Made by a program: the position numbers and the translations under genes
Assembly: GCA_004022145.1 (NCBI GenBank)
Contig: RCNU01000010.1
From: Paecilomyces variotii
Lineage: Eukaryota
Direction: 5' to 3' (one strand)
Length of the DNA: 64,000 nt
Notes under the pieces: model-generated
Databases searched by the model: none
Told to the model about the DNA's origin: nothing
What the model saw: the letters and a program-made list of their open reading frames with translations, nothing else
Shown here: positions 62,271-64,000 of the stretch, one piece after another
How the letters are laid out: every line of letters begins with the position of its first letter
Numbering within the stretch: position 1 is the first letter of the stretch

Positions 62271-62621
62271 CGGAACGCTGTCCGCTTGTGCCAACAAGCG
62301 ACTACTTACGCTAAGTAACGTCCTAGCACAATGATCAATTCTGTACGTCAAAAGAAACCACCATAGATAGCCTGAAAATATGGTAGATCTAACACAGGCG
62401 GGTCTGTCCAACCTCCACGGTTAGTTTGCGTGGGTATACTCGGATTCCCTACCGGTGATGAATCAAGCTGCGCCAGTGTTGTTCTGCGGGGTCGAGGCGG
62501 CGAGGTTACCGTGATTATGGCGAAGAGTGCAATAGATTCGGAACGAGTAGTTATGGGTACAAGCCAATACGATGCGATAGCAATCTATGAGCCGATAGAT
62601 CAGCCTACGGGTTGAAGTCCG
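62271..62621. promoter_or_regulatory. Three CGG-N8-CCG sites in the divergent orphan-carrier/P5C dehydrogenase promoter
   Basis: Sites at 62271-62284, 62441-62454 and 62608-62621, plus an N7 variant at 62136-62148. Confidence 0.7.
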
Positions 62622-62730
62622 GCAAATCTGGCCACATCATAAGTAGAGCTTCGAATGTTGACTCCCCTTGAATCGTTTAGCAGTCAGTTGTATACCTGTT
62701 CTCGGCGTAACACTGACAACTCATCGAAGT

Positions 62731-64000
<1,270 letters not shown>

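Overview
Intron-rich fungal nuclear DNA, most likely from a Eurotiales mould related to Aspergillus or Paecilomyces. Positions 1-50400 are mostly conserved housekeeping genes: methyltransferase, LYR protein, thioesterase, MFS transporter, RAD50, RAD1, GCN5, RgsB/Rax1, CSN7, Cu-ATPase, mitoribosomal bL31m, AcrB and PP4R2. Three accessory-looking genes interrupt them: a HeLo-like/WD40 gene with no NOD domain, an intronless vosA-like velvet gene and a decayed HNH-like gene. From 51001 to the right edge is a compact cluster of at least 8 genes: aminotransferase, DHDPS-family aldolase, peroxisomal sarcosine/pipecolate-type oxidase, mitochondrial carrier, proline-dehydrogenase paralog, P5C reductase, an orphan carrier-like protein and P5C dehydrogenase. 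Its enzyme set matches the animal-type 4-hydroxyproline catabolic pathway. Every promoter in the cluster carries CGG-N8-CCG sites (12 found by eye), and the dehydrogenase has Cys in place of the proline-selectivity Tyr. Manual splicing analysis also suggests a 1-nt exon in the thioesterase gene and a start codon split by a GC-AG intron in RAD50. All calls come from reading the sequence; no searches were run.
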